From positions 1-36,977 of the forward strand of contig JBBSVW010000096.1 of the NCBI GenBank assembly GCA_038046605.1: a DNA stretch of 36,977 nt, in the 5' to 3' direction. The position numbers were made by a program, and so were the translations under genes. This DNA comes from Candidatus Micrarchaeota archaeon. GTDB lineage: Archaea > Micrarchaeota > Micrarchaeia > Norongarragalinales > SBBD01. The notes below the pieces were generated by a model that was not told the origin of the DNA, ran no database searches, and saw nothing but the letters and a program-made list of their open reading frames with translations. Within the stretch, counting starts at the first letter, position 1. Each line of letters opens with the position of its first letter. This document shows, in pieces, positions 8,476-17,174 of the stretch.

Positions 8476-10164
8476 CTAATCTGCATGCGGATACTCAAGA
8501 ACGATGTGCGGCAATCCTTTTACAGGTTTTAGCATACGGTCAACTTCGGGCCTAACAACTGCATGTTTCCGCAAAAACCTCCCTGCCTCCCTATAATCGC
8601 CCTCTCCTTCGATCGTAAGCACTTTCTGGGCAAGCTTAGCGATAGTTTTTTCCATCTTTTCGTAATCGATATCGTAACGGTCCCCTCTTTCGGAAACAGC
8701 GCCAGAATCTAGAAAGTGATTTAGGATATAAGCGTAACCATAGGTATGCGCAGAACCTAATCCATGCCTAAGTGTCCCTAACATACTAGGCACATTTGCA
8801 AAATAAGCCGCTCTTTTCTGCTTCTCCGTAATAAATCCACGGTTTACAAGATTGCTTAGGTGAAAGAGACCTAAAATCTGGGCTTTGCCTTCCTCAATTC
8901 GGTTGTAGTGTTCACCTAACTTAGCATGGATATCGTCATGTGTTCCCCCCTGTAGGCGGCCATGAGAATGGGAGAATTCATGCAACATCGTCACAAGAGT
9001 TGAGGCATCTTGGAGGTCTTTCAAGGAAAATTCGCCTAACTGGTCTTGGGACATCAATTTTCTTGCGATCTTGTAATTGGTTTGGGTGACTCTGACCTCC
9101 TCAGAATTCTTCATAATGAAAATCCTATAGCCGTATTTCCGCTCATTTGGAAGATTGAATGCGATGAAGTGCGGAATGCGATGTGCCTGCCCACCCAAAT
9201 ATATTGCATTAACGACATCAATTGGCGGAGTTGACTGATTTGAATTTTTATAATCATCCTTGCACGGGAGGCTAGACTCGAATTCCCCAGCCAATTTCCG
9301 GTATTTTTGCAATTGGGCAGTGCGGGGCTTGTCCTTGATCATGATTACTGCCCTGGCTGCCCCTTTAAGCCCCATCATATTGTCGTCGTAGGTTTCGACC
9401 CCGGGGCTTAGGACCATATGAATATCAGAATCCAATTTTAGCCATAACCTATCCGATGGATCGTATTTTCCCACATAGCCTTTCCTTAATACTCTGGCTT
9501 TAGCCACCAAATATTTCCTCAATTGCCGATTTGCTGTTACTTTGCTAGCAGCTTCAAGATGGCCTGCAGCTACCTGTAATTGCTGCTTATATTTTTCAGC
9601 ATAAGGAGTTACTTTGAGATCTCCCTTATCAGTCAACGTTAAGACCGAGTGCAAATGCTCCACACCCGGGGTTAGTTTATCATCCCGATGAGTTTCATAT
9701 TCTATAAATTCCCGATCAAGGAGCGGGTGGTAAAAATTTGCCCCTTCAGGTCTTACCGCCTGGAAAGTTCTGGAGAAAATCGGTTGGCGAAGCTCTTCCA
9801 ATGAGGACAGGTATTGAGCACGCGAAGGTTTGGGAGCTCTCGAGAGTATCCCCTGCAAATCCGAGTATGAGAATGTGGGAAATATCTTTCGGTTACCCTC
9901 GGCTTTAGAGTGCGGCCCATGATGTGCGTTTAATTGGAATAAATAACGATTTAGGTGGGGCATTTCTTCTGGTCTTGAATATCTAAGAGCAATTTGGACC
10001 AGATCGCGTATGGACGCAGCAAAAGGCGAGTTTTGGTGCCAATATATCTCGTCTATTTGCCTTCCGGCTTGAACCAGATGCCTTAGCGCTTTTTTCTCAG
10101 TGGCTGGTAAATGCCCTATTTCTGCGGGTATTTGTACGGAAACATAAGCAGGATGTTTTGGCAT
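8476..10164 (-). CDS. M49 family (atypical DPP III-like) zinc peptidase
   Basis: GANFY, ETYDD, IAFNLPN, HEFSH (HEXXH) and EEGKAQILGL motifs. Confidence 0.82.
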   Translation of the reverse strand: MPKHPAYVSVQIPAEIGHLPATEKKALRHLVQAGRQIDEIYWHQNSPFAASIRDLVQIALRYSRPEEMPHLNRYLFQLNAHHGPHSKAEGNRKIFPTFSYSDLQGILSRAPKPSRAQYLSSLEELRQPIFSRTFQAVRPEGANFYHPLLDREFIEYETHRDDKLTPGVEHLHSVLTLTDKGDLKVTPYAEKYKQQLQVAAGHLEAASKVTANRQLRKYLVAKARVLRKGYVGKYDPSDRLWLKLDSDIHMVLSPGVETYDDNMMGLKGAARAVIMIKDKPRTAQLQKYRKLAGEFESSLPCKDDYKNSNQSTPPIDVVNAIYLGGQAHRIPHFIAFNLPNERKYGYRIFIMKNSEEVRVTQTNYKIARKLMSQDQLGEFSLKDLQDASTLVTMLHEFSHSHGRLQGGTHDDIHAKLGEHYNRIEEGKAQILGLFHLSNLVNRGFITEKQKRAAYFANVPSMLGTLRHGLGSAHTYGYAYILNHFLDSGAVSERGDRYDIDYEKMEKTIAKLAQKVLTIEGEGDYREAGRFLRKHAVVRPEVDRMLKPVKGLPHIVLEYPHAD

Positions 10165-10200
10165 GAATAAGAAAAGGAATTGTGAGCTTTAAAAAGATTG

Positions 10201-10623
10201 TTAGGCCGCAACTGCTTTTGCGCTCTTTTCAAGAAGCTTCTTTCCGGCGTTTGTTATTACCCTTCCGGTTTTTTCCTTCTTAACAAGCCCCGCCTTTTCA
10301 AGCTGCTGCATGGCAACACGGATTATCTTTCCGCCAGCTTTCCTGTGGTGGGAGCGCGCAACCGTATGTGAGGTGCGCCCGCCGTATTTGTGCTGGAGCC
10401 TGCGTACGCCCAAATTCTTGCGATCAGTAGTTAGGAGTGTGCGAAGGATTGATGCGCAGCGCTTGAACCAGAAATCATCATCAGTTGGGATGCGCTCGTT
10501 ATGCGATCCGCTTTTTACCATCAAAACCCACTCGGGCGGCTTTATTTCGGGGACTGCCTTGAGATGCTTGGCAGTGGAATCAATCAGCCTTCCTGCCGGG
10601 ACTTCCAAAGACTTCATTACCAT
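10201..10623 (-). CDS. rps19e: 30S ribosomal protein S19e
   Basis: PPEW..VKSG.HNER.P, KYGG, GGKIIR..MQQLEKAG and GRVIT motifs. Confidence 0.96.
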   Translation of the reverse strand: MVMKSLEVPAGRLIDSTAKHLKAVPEIKPPEWVLMVKSGSHNERIPTDDDFWFKRCASILRTLLTTDRKNLGVRRLQHKYGGRTSHTVARSHHRKAGGKIIRVAMQQLEKAGLVKKEKTGRVITNAGKKLLEKSAKAVAA

Positions 10624-10729
10624 AATAGACCACAAAAAGAAGAGTATGCTTTGAGAGAAAATAGATATTTAAAACCTCGTATAGGGAGGTAAGTTGAAGG
10701 AAAGCAAAGGTACGGGCATTAAATAACGA

Positions 10730-11053
10730 TCAGCCCTGCAATTTCGTTTTTTCCTTCCTTTTTGCTTTTTCCTTCGCATATGGATAAATTTTAGTTGCAT
10801 TGCATTTCAGGCACTCGTAAATGACGCCCTTTTTGGAGCTGGCAACCCTAACCTTGAGGGTTTTTCCGGGAATGAAAATGGATCCGCATTTCTTGCAGAA
10901 GGATTTGGAGCCAAGAGGGAGGCGATGCCTCATGGCAATTTTGCGGGCAAGGCTGACGTAGCGCTTTGAAAGCGCCTTGTCTTCATCGTACATTTCCTTT
11001 GCCATCAAGAGGAGCTTTTCACACCGGCCCATAGCAATGTTGTCAAGGTTCAT
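10730..11053 (-). CDS. rnp4: RNase P protein Rpp21
   Basis: KRYVSLARKIAMR plus FCKKC..CLKC Zn ribbon; start MNLDNIA. Confidence 0.9.
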   Translation of the reverse strand: MNLDNIAMGRCEKLLLMAKEMYDEDKALSKRYVSLARKIAMRHRLPLGSKSFCKKCGSIFIPGKTLKVRVASSKKGVIYECLKCNATKIYPYAKEKAKRKEKTKLQG

Positions 11054-11105
11054 GGAAGGGGTACGCATTGGAAGGTTAATAAAGTTTTGAGAGCTGGATT
11101 GTTGC

Positions 11106-12107
11106 ATGGGAGTGCTGGAATCCTTGAAGCGGCTAGAAGAAGTAAAGATCCATACAGGCGCAAGAACAACGCTTGGCAAAGTTAGGGATGATGTGCTTGC
11201 AGGCAATTTATTCAAGCTTGGCCCTAAGGAAATTGTGGCTTTGGCTGTACTTGGTGAATTATCAGCCGGCGGCTCACAGCCAAATCTGATACAAGAGAGT
11301 GACAATTGGCAAATTTCGAGGGGATGGGAACTCGCAAAACACGCAGCAAAATTGCATCCAAGGGACTTAACGCCATATATGCAGCCACAATTCCTTGAGG
11401 CGCTTAACCAAGCTACCGAACATCCGAAATTCAATATTGCGATGCATGCCCAAGATTTTGCCCAATTCCTGCGCATAACAAAGACTGAAACATCCCCAAA
11501 GGAACCGGTTGCAAGGGATTTTCCAAGAGAAGCAGTTTTGGCATATCTTGCGCTTCGAAAAGCCCATCTGGACGTATCATTGCCGCATGGCGAACGCCGC
11601 TATACAAACGGGATCCGCGCAATTTGGTCTGCAAAGCACACAAATCTCTGGAACCTCTTCCGCGATCATAGTGAATTTTTTGGCCGAATTGCTGCATTTG
11701 CTGATCTGGTGCCGACCCTTGATTTGAGGAGGCTCCTAGATCATATGCCTCGAATTAAGGTAATCCCCAAGGAGCAGACGGAATTGTTCAAAAAATGGGA
11801 GGCTTGGGCTTCCGTTGTTTATCATCCCGAATTGGCAAAATACCTGGAAATTTACAAGCACACGCCAGGGCATAATTTTATTATCCGGAATGCTCCTGCA
11901 ATATTAAAAAAATTGAACGGAAACGAGGATTTGCTGATTGACGAGAAACGCGCGCTCTATGCATGGGTAATGAAGGCATACGAAGGGGGGGAAGGTAGGG
12001 AAAAAGTGAGGGAAAGATATCTTTTGGAAAATTTCGACCAAGGCAAGCTCGATATAGAGCAGCTAAATGCAATAAGGGTAAGGCTCGACCAGCGCGCTAA
12101 TGCCTAA
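11106..12107 (+). CDS. hypothetical protein
   Basis: 333-aa ORF with ATG start; no recognised motif. Confidence 0.7.
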   Translation: MGVLESLKRLEEVKIHTGARTTLGKVRDDVLAGNLFKLGPKEIVALAVLGELSAGGSQPNLIQESDNWQISRGWELAKHAAKLHPRDLTPYMQPQFLEALNQATEHPKFNIAMHAQDFAQFLRITKTETSPKEPVARDFPREAVLAYLALRKAHLDVSLPHGERRYTNGIRAIWSAKHTNLWNLFRDHSEFFGRIAAFADLVPTLDLRRLLDHMPRIKVIPKEQTELFKKWEAWASVVYHPELAKYLEIYKHTPGHNFIIRNAPAILKKLNGNEDLLIDEKRALYAWVMKAYEGGEGREKVRERYLLENFDQGKLDIEQLNAIRVRLDQRANA

Positions 12108-12112
12108 AGTGC
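12097..12112 (-). repeat. duplicate of the purH 3' end
   Basis: g cac ttt agg cat tag (HFRH*) vs purH g cat ttt agg cac tag; 14/16 nt identical, both changes synonymous. Confidence 0.65.
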
Positions 12113-12127
12113 AACAATGCAAAAGAG

Positions 12128-13684
12128 CTAGTGCCTAAAATGCCTCCTTCCGGTTAGTACCATCGCAATACCGTGCTCGTTTGCAGCATCAATAACCTCC
12201 TGGTCGCGGATTGAGCCGCCGGGCTGTATGATGGCGGAAATGCCGGCTTTTGCAGCGAAATCAATGGTGTCGCGGAAGGGGAAGAAGGCTTCAGAAGCCA
12301 TTACTGCGCCCTTTACATCGAATTTGGCGCGCGCAGCCTTTTCTATGCAGATCTGGCAAGAATCAACGCGGCTTTGCTGGCCTGCGCCAACTGCAAGCAA
12401 TTTCTCATCGGTTGCAAACACAACGGAATTGCTCTTGATGTGGCCCATGAATTTCCAGGCGAACTCCAAAGCGGAAAGCTCTTTTTCCGTTGGCTTCCTT
12501 TTGGTTGCGATTTTGAATGATTTCATGTCGAATTCGTTTTCAATATAATCTGGCGTTTGCAAAAGCGCGCCTCCGGTAATTGATATGCGGCGCTTTTCGG
12601 CGTAAATGTTTCCGGAGAGGAATTTGTCCGCCTTGATCACTCGCAAATTCTTCTTGGTTTGGAAAACAGCTAGCGCCTCCGCATCAAAATCCGGCGCAAC
12701 AACTATTTCCATGAAATTCTTTATTATTGCCTGCGCGGTTTTGGCGGTTACTTTGCGGTTGAAAACCACTATCCCCCCGTATGCTGAAAGAGAGTCCGCA
12801 GAAAATGCCATTTGGAACGCTTCCAATTGATCCTTGCTTTTCCCCGCTCCAGTGGGATTTGTATGCTTGAAAATAATCGAAATATTCTCCTTTTCGGATT
12901 TGAATTGGTAGATCAGCTCGAGCGCCGCCTGGATGTCAAGGATGTTGTTGTATGAAAGCTCCTTTCCGTTGAGTTTTTCCAGGTGCTCATAAGTGAGGGG
13001 CGCATTATAGAATTTGTATAGTGCCGCTTTTTGGTGCGGGTTTTCGCCGTACCTCAAATCCTGGATTTTGTGGAGCTGAATCGAGGAGATATTTGGGAAT
13101 TCGCCCTCTCCTGAAAGCTGGTTGAAATAATTTGCGATGGAAATATCGTAAGCAGCTACCAAATTGAATGCATCCTTTGCAAGGGATGTGCGCATTTGCT
13201 GGGAAACATCACCCATTTTTTTCATTTCCGCAATTACCCCTTCATATTGATTCGGAGAGGTAACTACAATTACGTCCTCAAAATTCTTTGAGGCGGACCT
13301 TACTAATGCGGGGCCGCCTATGTCGATGTTTTCGATTATTTCTTCAGCGTTCTTGCTTTTTTTAAGTGTTTCATCAAATGGGTAGAAGTTGACGCAGACC
13401 ATGTCAATTGCATGGGAGGAGGCGATTTTGGCATGGGAGGGGTCCTTTCGCCGGTAAAGAATGCCACCGTGCACCTTGGGATGGAGGGTTTTGACCCTCC
13501 CATCAAGCATTTCGGGCGAACCGGTGAAATCAGCAACATCCACAACGGGAATTTTGGCATCTTTTAGCAATTTGGCGGTGTTTCCGGATGCTAAAAGCTC
13601 GTAGTTTGATTTATGGAGGAAGCTGGCAAAGGGCAATAGCCCATCCTTGTTTGAGACGCTAAGAAGCGCGCGCTTTTGAGCCAT
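12128..13684 (-). CDS. purH: bifunctional AICAR transformylase/IMP cyclohydrolase
   Basis: RALLSVS, GRVKTLHP, IDIGG, LRYGENPHQ, KHTNP and RHFRH motifs. Confidence 0.96.
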   Translation of the reverse strand: MAQKRALLSVSNKDGLLPFASFLHKSNYELLASGNTAKLLKDAKIPVVDVADFTGSPEMLDGRVKTLHPKVHGGILYRRKDPSHAKIASSHAIDMVCVNFYPFDETLKKSKNAEEIIENIDIGGPALVRSASKNFEDVIVVTSPNQYEGVIAEMKKMGDVSQQMRTSLAKDAFNLVAAYDISIANYFNQLSGEGEFPNISSIQLHKIQDLRYGENPHQKAALYKFYNAPLTYEHLEKLNGKELSYNNILDIQAALELIYQFKSEKENISIIFKHTNPTGAGKSKDQLEAFQMAFSADSLSAYGGIVVFNRKVTAKTAQAIIKNFMEIVVAPDFDAEALAVFQTKKNLRVIKADKFLSGNIYAEKRRISITGGALLQTPDYIENEFDMKSFKIATKRKPTEKELSALEFAWKFMGHIKSNSVVFATDEKLLAVGAGQQSRVDSCQICIEKAARAKFDVKGAVMASEAFFPFRDTIDFAAKAGISAIIQPGGSIRDQEVIDAANEHGIAMVLTGRRHFRH

Positions 13685-13689
13685 GATTA

Positions 13690-14211
13690 TCACACATCCA
13701 AGCCGAAAGGCGCCCTTCGCCTAGCCGGCTTAATCTCCTTTTCAGTTCTCTTTAATTCCCCAATAGCGAGCCTGATCTGGAATAATTTCCGGCTCGGTCC
13801 ATGGATCTGTATTTCCATGGGCGCGGGATTTTTATCAGAGCCATAAAAATGCCCCTCAATTATTCCTTTGGCCAAAAAGACTTCTGGGCTAGTTGGCCTC
13901 ACATCCCTAATAACGAATTTTCCCTGAACTGAGCTTCCAAGTGAAATTGCCCGCTGGATTTTTGCTTTTAGCTGGGATGCCTTATAATCCGTCCAGCCAT
14001 GCGGAATTTGAAGCACAAGGGCATTCCGGAACACATATTTTTTTGTTTGTTTAGGGGATTGGCCAACAGGTTCACCGCTATTTTCCGGCGTTTTGGCATA
14101 TTGCCATGGCGAGCCAAAGGGCAGCCGCCCCTCGAGCTCAAAGGAAACCCCATTCTTCTTTTCTATGGCCCGCAGTTGTTGCGCTGATTTTTGTGCAGAT
14201 TCGGAAGGCAT
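13690..14211 (-). CDS. hypothetical protein
   Basis: ORF abutting purH; TATA upstream. Confidence 0.6.
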   Translation of the reverse strand: MPSESAQKSAQQLRAIEKKNGVSFELEGRLPFGSPWQYAKTPENSGEPVGQSPKQTKKYVFRNALVLQIPHGWTDYKASQLKAKIQRAISLGSSVQGKFVIRDVRPTSPEVFLAKGIIEGHFYGSDKNPAPMEIQIHGPSRKLFQIRLAIGELKRTEKEIKPARRRAPFGLDV

Positions 14212-14255
14212 AATCAACCCTAACAGTTAAGTTTATATACCAGACCGCATTAGTA

Positions 14256-14278
14256 ATTGTCACGACAATGTCATGACA
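14256..14278. promoter_or_regulatory. tandem TGTC-NN-GACA palindromes
   Basis: TGTCACGACA (14258-67) and TGTCATGACA (14269-78), 11 bp apart, downstream of TATA TTTATATA (14232). Confidence 0.55.
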
Positions 14279-14294
14279 GGTTCATAATACTGGC

Positions 14295-14810
14295 ATGCGA
14301 AAAAACAAACCAGTTCAGCCCACAACAACAGATACGCAAACGAGGTTTAAAAGGATTATGGAGGAGGGGAGTGAGTTCGCAAAGGTAACGGAAGAATTCA
14401 AAAGGTTCCAAGAGCAGATTAGGGACCCCGTGTTCATCGCCACCTTGATGCACAAATTAAGCGAGGAACGAAGCTCAACTAACCTCCTATTCAAGGAACT
14501 CAATGCGAAGCTGGATAGGCTCCTTGCGTTGGAGGATAAAATCAAGGAATTGGAGGCCAAAATCGATGGGAAGGAGGCTCAAATAGCAGCAAAGCCTGCA
14601 ACACGTGATGCAATACTTCTGCCCGAGATTGATGAGGGCATAATTGGATATGCAAGGAAGAAAGGCAAGGTCTGCGCCGAGCAGGTGCAGATGAAATTCA
14701 AGTATAAGGGAAGCAACGCGGCTTCCTCAAGATTGAACAGATTGGTTAAGGAAGGATTATTGCGGAAGGTTCAAGTGGGAAGGAAGGTGTTTTTCCTCCC
14801 AATTTCATAA
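14295..14810 (+). CDS. coiled-coil plus winged-helix protein
   Basis: Heptad-rich N-terminus; AASSRLNRLVKEGLL..VQVGRKVFF wHTH. Confidence 0.75.
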   Translation: MRKNKPVQPTTTDTQTRFKRIMEEGSEFAKVTEEFKRFQEQIRDPVFIATLMHKLSEERSSTNLLFKELNAKLDRLLALEDKIKELEAKIDGKEAQIAAKPATRDAILLPEIDEGIIGYARKKGKVCAEQVQMKFKYKGSNAASSRLNRLVKEGLLRKVQVGRKVFFLPIS

Positions 14811-14882
14811 AAAACAAAAAAATTGACACCATAGGCTTTGATCATCTAATTGAAAATGATAAGCCGACGGTTCAACCCACAT

Positions 14883-14904
14883 TGGGGGTCCTTCGGGGCC
14901 CCCA
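14883..14904 (+). terminator. strong C(UUCG)G hairpin
   Basis: TGGGGGTCC-TTCG-GGGCCCCCA. Confidence 0.45.
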
Positions 14905-15031
14905 CCCCTCTTTTATCCCCCTAGAGTAAAAAATCTCCACATTGCCTTCATTTGCAGATGCTCAAGCTACTTAGGTATAGGAAAATAGCCCCTAGTAACG
15001 CTTAGCACCTTCTCCTCTGACTTTTTCACGG

Positions 15032-15247
15032 CATTCGAAGAGCTTTGGAAAAGGGCACAACCACATAAATGGCATTGAAGGCTTTTGGAGTTATGCGAAA
15101 GAACGCTTCCACAAATATCATGGAATAAACAAGGCAAATTATTTGCCTTACGTGAAGGAGATGGAGTTCCGCTTTAATCATAGGAAAGAAGCGGTTTACC
15201 CGCTTCTGATTGGCGTAATTCGCCAATTTGGTGCGGATTTTCACTAA
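15032..15247 (+). pseudogene. IS1595-family transposase C-terminal remnant
   Basis: Hand translation HNHINGIEGFWSYAKERFHKYHGI...YVKEMEFRFNHR; N-terminus missing. Confidence 0.88.
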
Positions 15248-15372
15248 TCACCAAATTGATGTATTCTGATAGGCAATAAACAAATAGTTGATATTCCATC
15301 AACCGCGCAAATAAATAGCCCTTCCCACAGCGAAATTCTAAGAGCAGCACAAAATGACCGGTAGGTATAAAT

Positions 15373-15406
15373 ATAACCTTTGGTGTTATATAACATATCA
15401 GGTTAT
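15373..15406. promoter_or_regulatory. tandem ATAAC-N7-GTTAT operator of TA pair
   Basis: Two abutting palindromes (15373-89 and 15390-406) after TATAAATA. Confidence 0.6.
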
Positions 15407-15429
15407 GAGGTGGGCTTTGGGGAATTTGA

Positions 15430-15762
15430 GTGAAGGAAGAATATTCAGAATATCCACTGGATTTCGAGGGTTTGCATTTTGTAAGAATAATTGCAAGATA
15501 CGAGAAAGGATTGGCCGATTTTGTGGTAATTTACTTCGCAATCGAAAGGAACGGGCGCATGCCATTGGTCACGTATGATTCTTCGCATGGCTTTTTCCAT
15601 AAGGACCTGCGATATTTGCCACGCGGGTCAATTGGAAGGAAAATGAAACTGCCAGACTTTTCCGTAAAAGATTTGCTTGCCTTTGCAATTGAGGATGTCC
15701 ACCGGAATTGGCAAAAATATTATTCGGAATATCGGCATGAAAAAGAGGCGACAAAACCATGA
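15430..15762 (+). CDS. putative toxin (DUF6516/TumE-like)
   Basis: YDSSHGFFH motif; GTG start; ATGA overlap with an HTH gene. Confidence 0.6.
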   Translation: MKEEYSEYPLDFEGLHFVRIIARYEKGLADFVVIYFAIERNGRMPLVTYDSSHGFFHKDLRYLPRGSIGRKMKLPDFSVKDLLAFAIEDVHRNWQKYYSEYRHEKEATKP

Positions 15763-16100
15763 GATTAAACGCAAACCTAACCATTAAAATTGTTGACAAT
15801 TTCGACGAGTTTAAGCGGGCCGTTATTGGCAAAACGGGCGTAGAGGAAAGCGGTAAAACGATGCTTTACGTGGAACAAAACAAAATGGGGGCGTTATTTA
15901 GCGAGGAAAGAATTCGGCTGCTTAGGGCAATCAACAGCCATCCGGAAGACGGCGCAGTCAAACTTGCAGGACTTCTTGGAAGGAAGCAGGAGGCGGTCTC
16001 ACGGGATTTGGCAGTTCTTCGGGGGCTGGGGATAATAACCGATGGAATGCCAATCAATATTCCCTCCAAAAAGCCCTTTTCCCTGAACATTTTATTTTGA
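15759..16100 (+). CDS. HVO_A0114-like wHTH antitoxin
   Basis: LFSEERIRLL..LAGLLGRKQEAVSRDLAVL..LGII. Confidence 0.7.
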   Translation: MRLNANLTIKIVDNFDEFKRAVIGKTGVEESGKTMLYVEQNKMGALFSEERIRLLRAINSHPEDGAVKLAGLLGRKQEAVSRDLAVLRGLGIITDGMPINIPSKKPFSLNILF

Positions 16101-16141
16101 TTGAAAAGTGATGGTCTAAAACCTCCTCTTTATGGGATTTT

Positions 16142-16208
16142 CTTCCCTCGTAAGGCTGGACGATTCCCAATATCGGTACCGATATGAAAAACGGTTTTTA
16201 CGAGGAAG
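16142..16208. other. long hairpin with a perfect 16-bp palindrome inside
   Basis: CTTCCCTCGTAA / TTACGAGGAAG stem enclosing ATATCGGTACCGATAT (16170-16185). Confidence 0.5.
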
Positions 16209-16308
16209 GGGCGTTATCCTTTCCTATTTTATTGCTTTTTTTCCTTTGATTTGCCTCGGAAAAAGAAACCTTTAAATATCCATCTATTGTATGTACTGAT
16301 GCTTTCAG

Positions 16309-16355
16309 ACACAATATATAGTACCAAGCGAGGCAAAATCCACAATATATAGCAC
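16309..16355. promoter_or_regulatory. tandem NrdR boxes
   Basis: ACACAATATATAGTAC (16309-24) and CCACAATATATAGCAC (16340-55), 31 bp apart, match acaCwAtATaTwGtg; downstream of TATA TTTAAATA (16271). Confidence 0.9.
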
Positions 16356-16393
16356 GCCTTACGCCATTTTTTGTCTGGAAAGAGGTTGGTTTC

Positions 16394-16846
16394 ATGAGGT
16401 GCCCTTACTGCGCGCATATGGAAACGAAGGTTTTGGATTCACGCGATGCGGAGGACCTTGCCGTAACCAGGCGCAGGCGGGAGTGCGAGAAATGCGAAAA
16501 GCGCTTCACCACCTATGAACGGGTTGAATTCATCGACCTGGTTGTCCGCAAGAAGGATGGCAAAACCGAGCCATTCGACAGGGCGAAAATCGAAAGCGGC
16601 GTCCTCAAGGCATGCGAAAAGCGCCCCGTGAGCAGGGAAAAGCTCGAGGAAACAGTGGATGAAATTGAGCGCGACATCCGCAAGAAGGAGGGCACCGAAA
16701 TCACATCAACCGAAATTGGGGAAATGGTCATTGCAAAGCTCAAGAAGCTTGACAAGGTCGCCTATATAAGGTTCGCAAGCGTTTACCGGGAATTCGCCGA
16801 TTTGGATGAATTCGAAGTTGAGGTAAAGAAGCTGTTGAAGAAGTGA
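16394..16846 (+). CDS. nrdR: transcriptional repressor NrdR
   Basis: MRCPYC..VLDSR..RRRREC..RFTTYE, ATP cone, and VAYIRFASVYREF. Confidence 0.97.
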   Translation: MRCPYCAHMETKVLDSRDAEDLAVTRRRRECEKCEKRFTTYERVEFIDLVVRKKDGKTEPFDRAKIESGVLKACEKRPVSREKLEETVDEIERDIRKKEGTEITSTEIGEMVIAKLKKLDKVAYIRFASVYREFADLDEFEVEVKKLLKK

Positions 16847-16860
16847 TGTCGAAATAAGCA

Positions 16861-16970
16861 GTCGGATCAACCTAGAGGGGGTGACGATCCGACATCGGGA
16901 GGGGGAAAACACCTCTCGATGAGCAGATTTAAGTCTGCGAAAAAAGTAGGGGGATGCGTCCCCATAGGTT
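16861..16970 (+). ncRNA. candidate structured RNA or MITE-like four-hairpin insert between nrdR and nrdJ
   Basis: Stems at 16861-93, 16894-920, 16923-38 and 16950-63. Confidence 0.4.
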
Positions 16971-16974
16971 TGTC

Positions 16975-17016
16975 AATGAGTTCGAAGTTGAGGTAAAGAA
17001 ATTGCTGAAAAAATGA
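16975..17016 (+). repeat. diverged duplicate of the nrdR 3' end
   Basis: NEFEVEVKKLLKK* vs 16805-16846 DEFEVEVKKLLKK*; 35/42 nt identical; 6 of 7 changes synonymous. Confidence 0.92.
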
Positions 17017-17174
17017 GTGGATTTTAAAGTAAAAATGGCAAAATGGTCGCACATATGATGAATGTTTTTAGGGGAAAAAACACACATTTTTTATTTTTCA
17101 AAAGTGGTTTGGATGGAATTTTTTATTTTTTTGAATGGGATGGACTCGCAAGCTTCGATACGAGGTGGTAAGGG

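Noticed and set aside
16847-17174. Cobalamin riboswitch upstream of nrdJ
   Set aside because: No AGGGAA/GCCACTG/B12-box consensus in the expected order.
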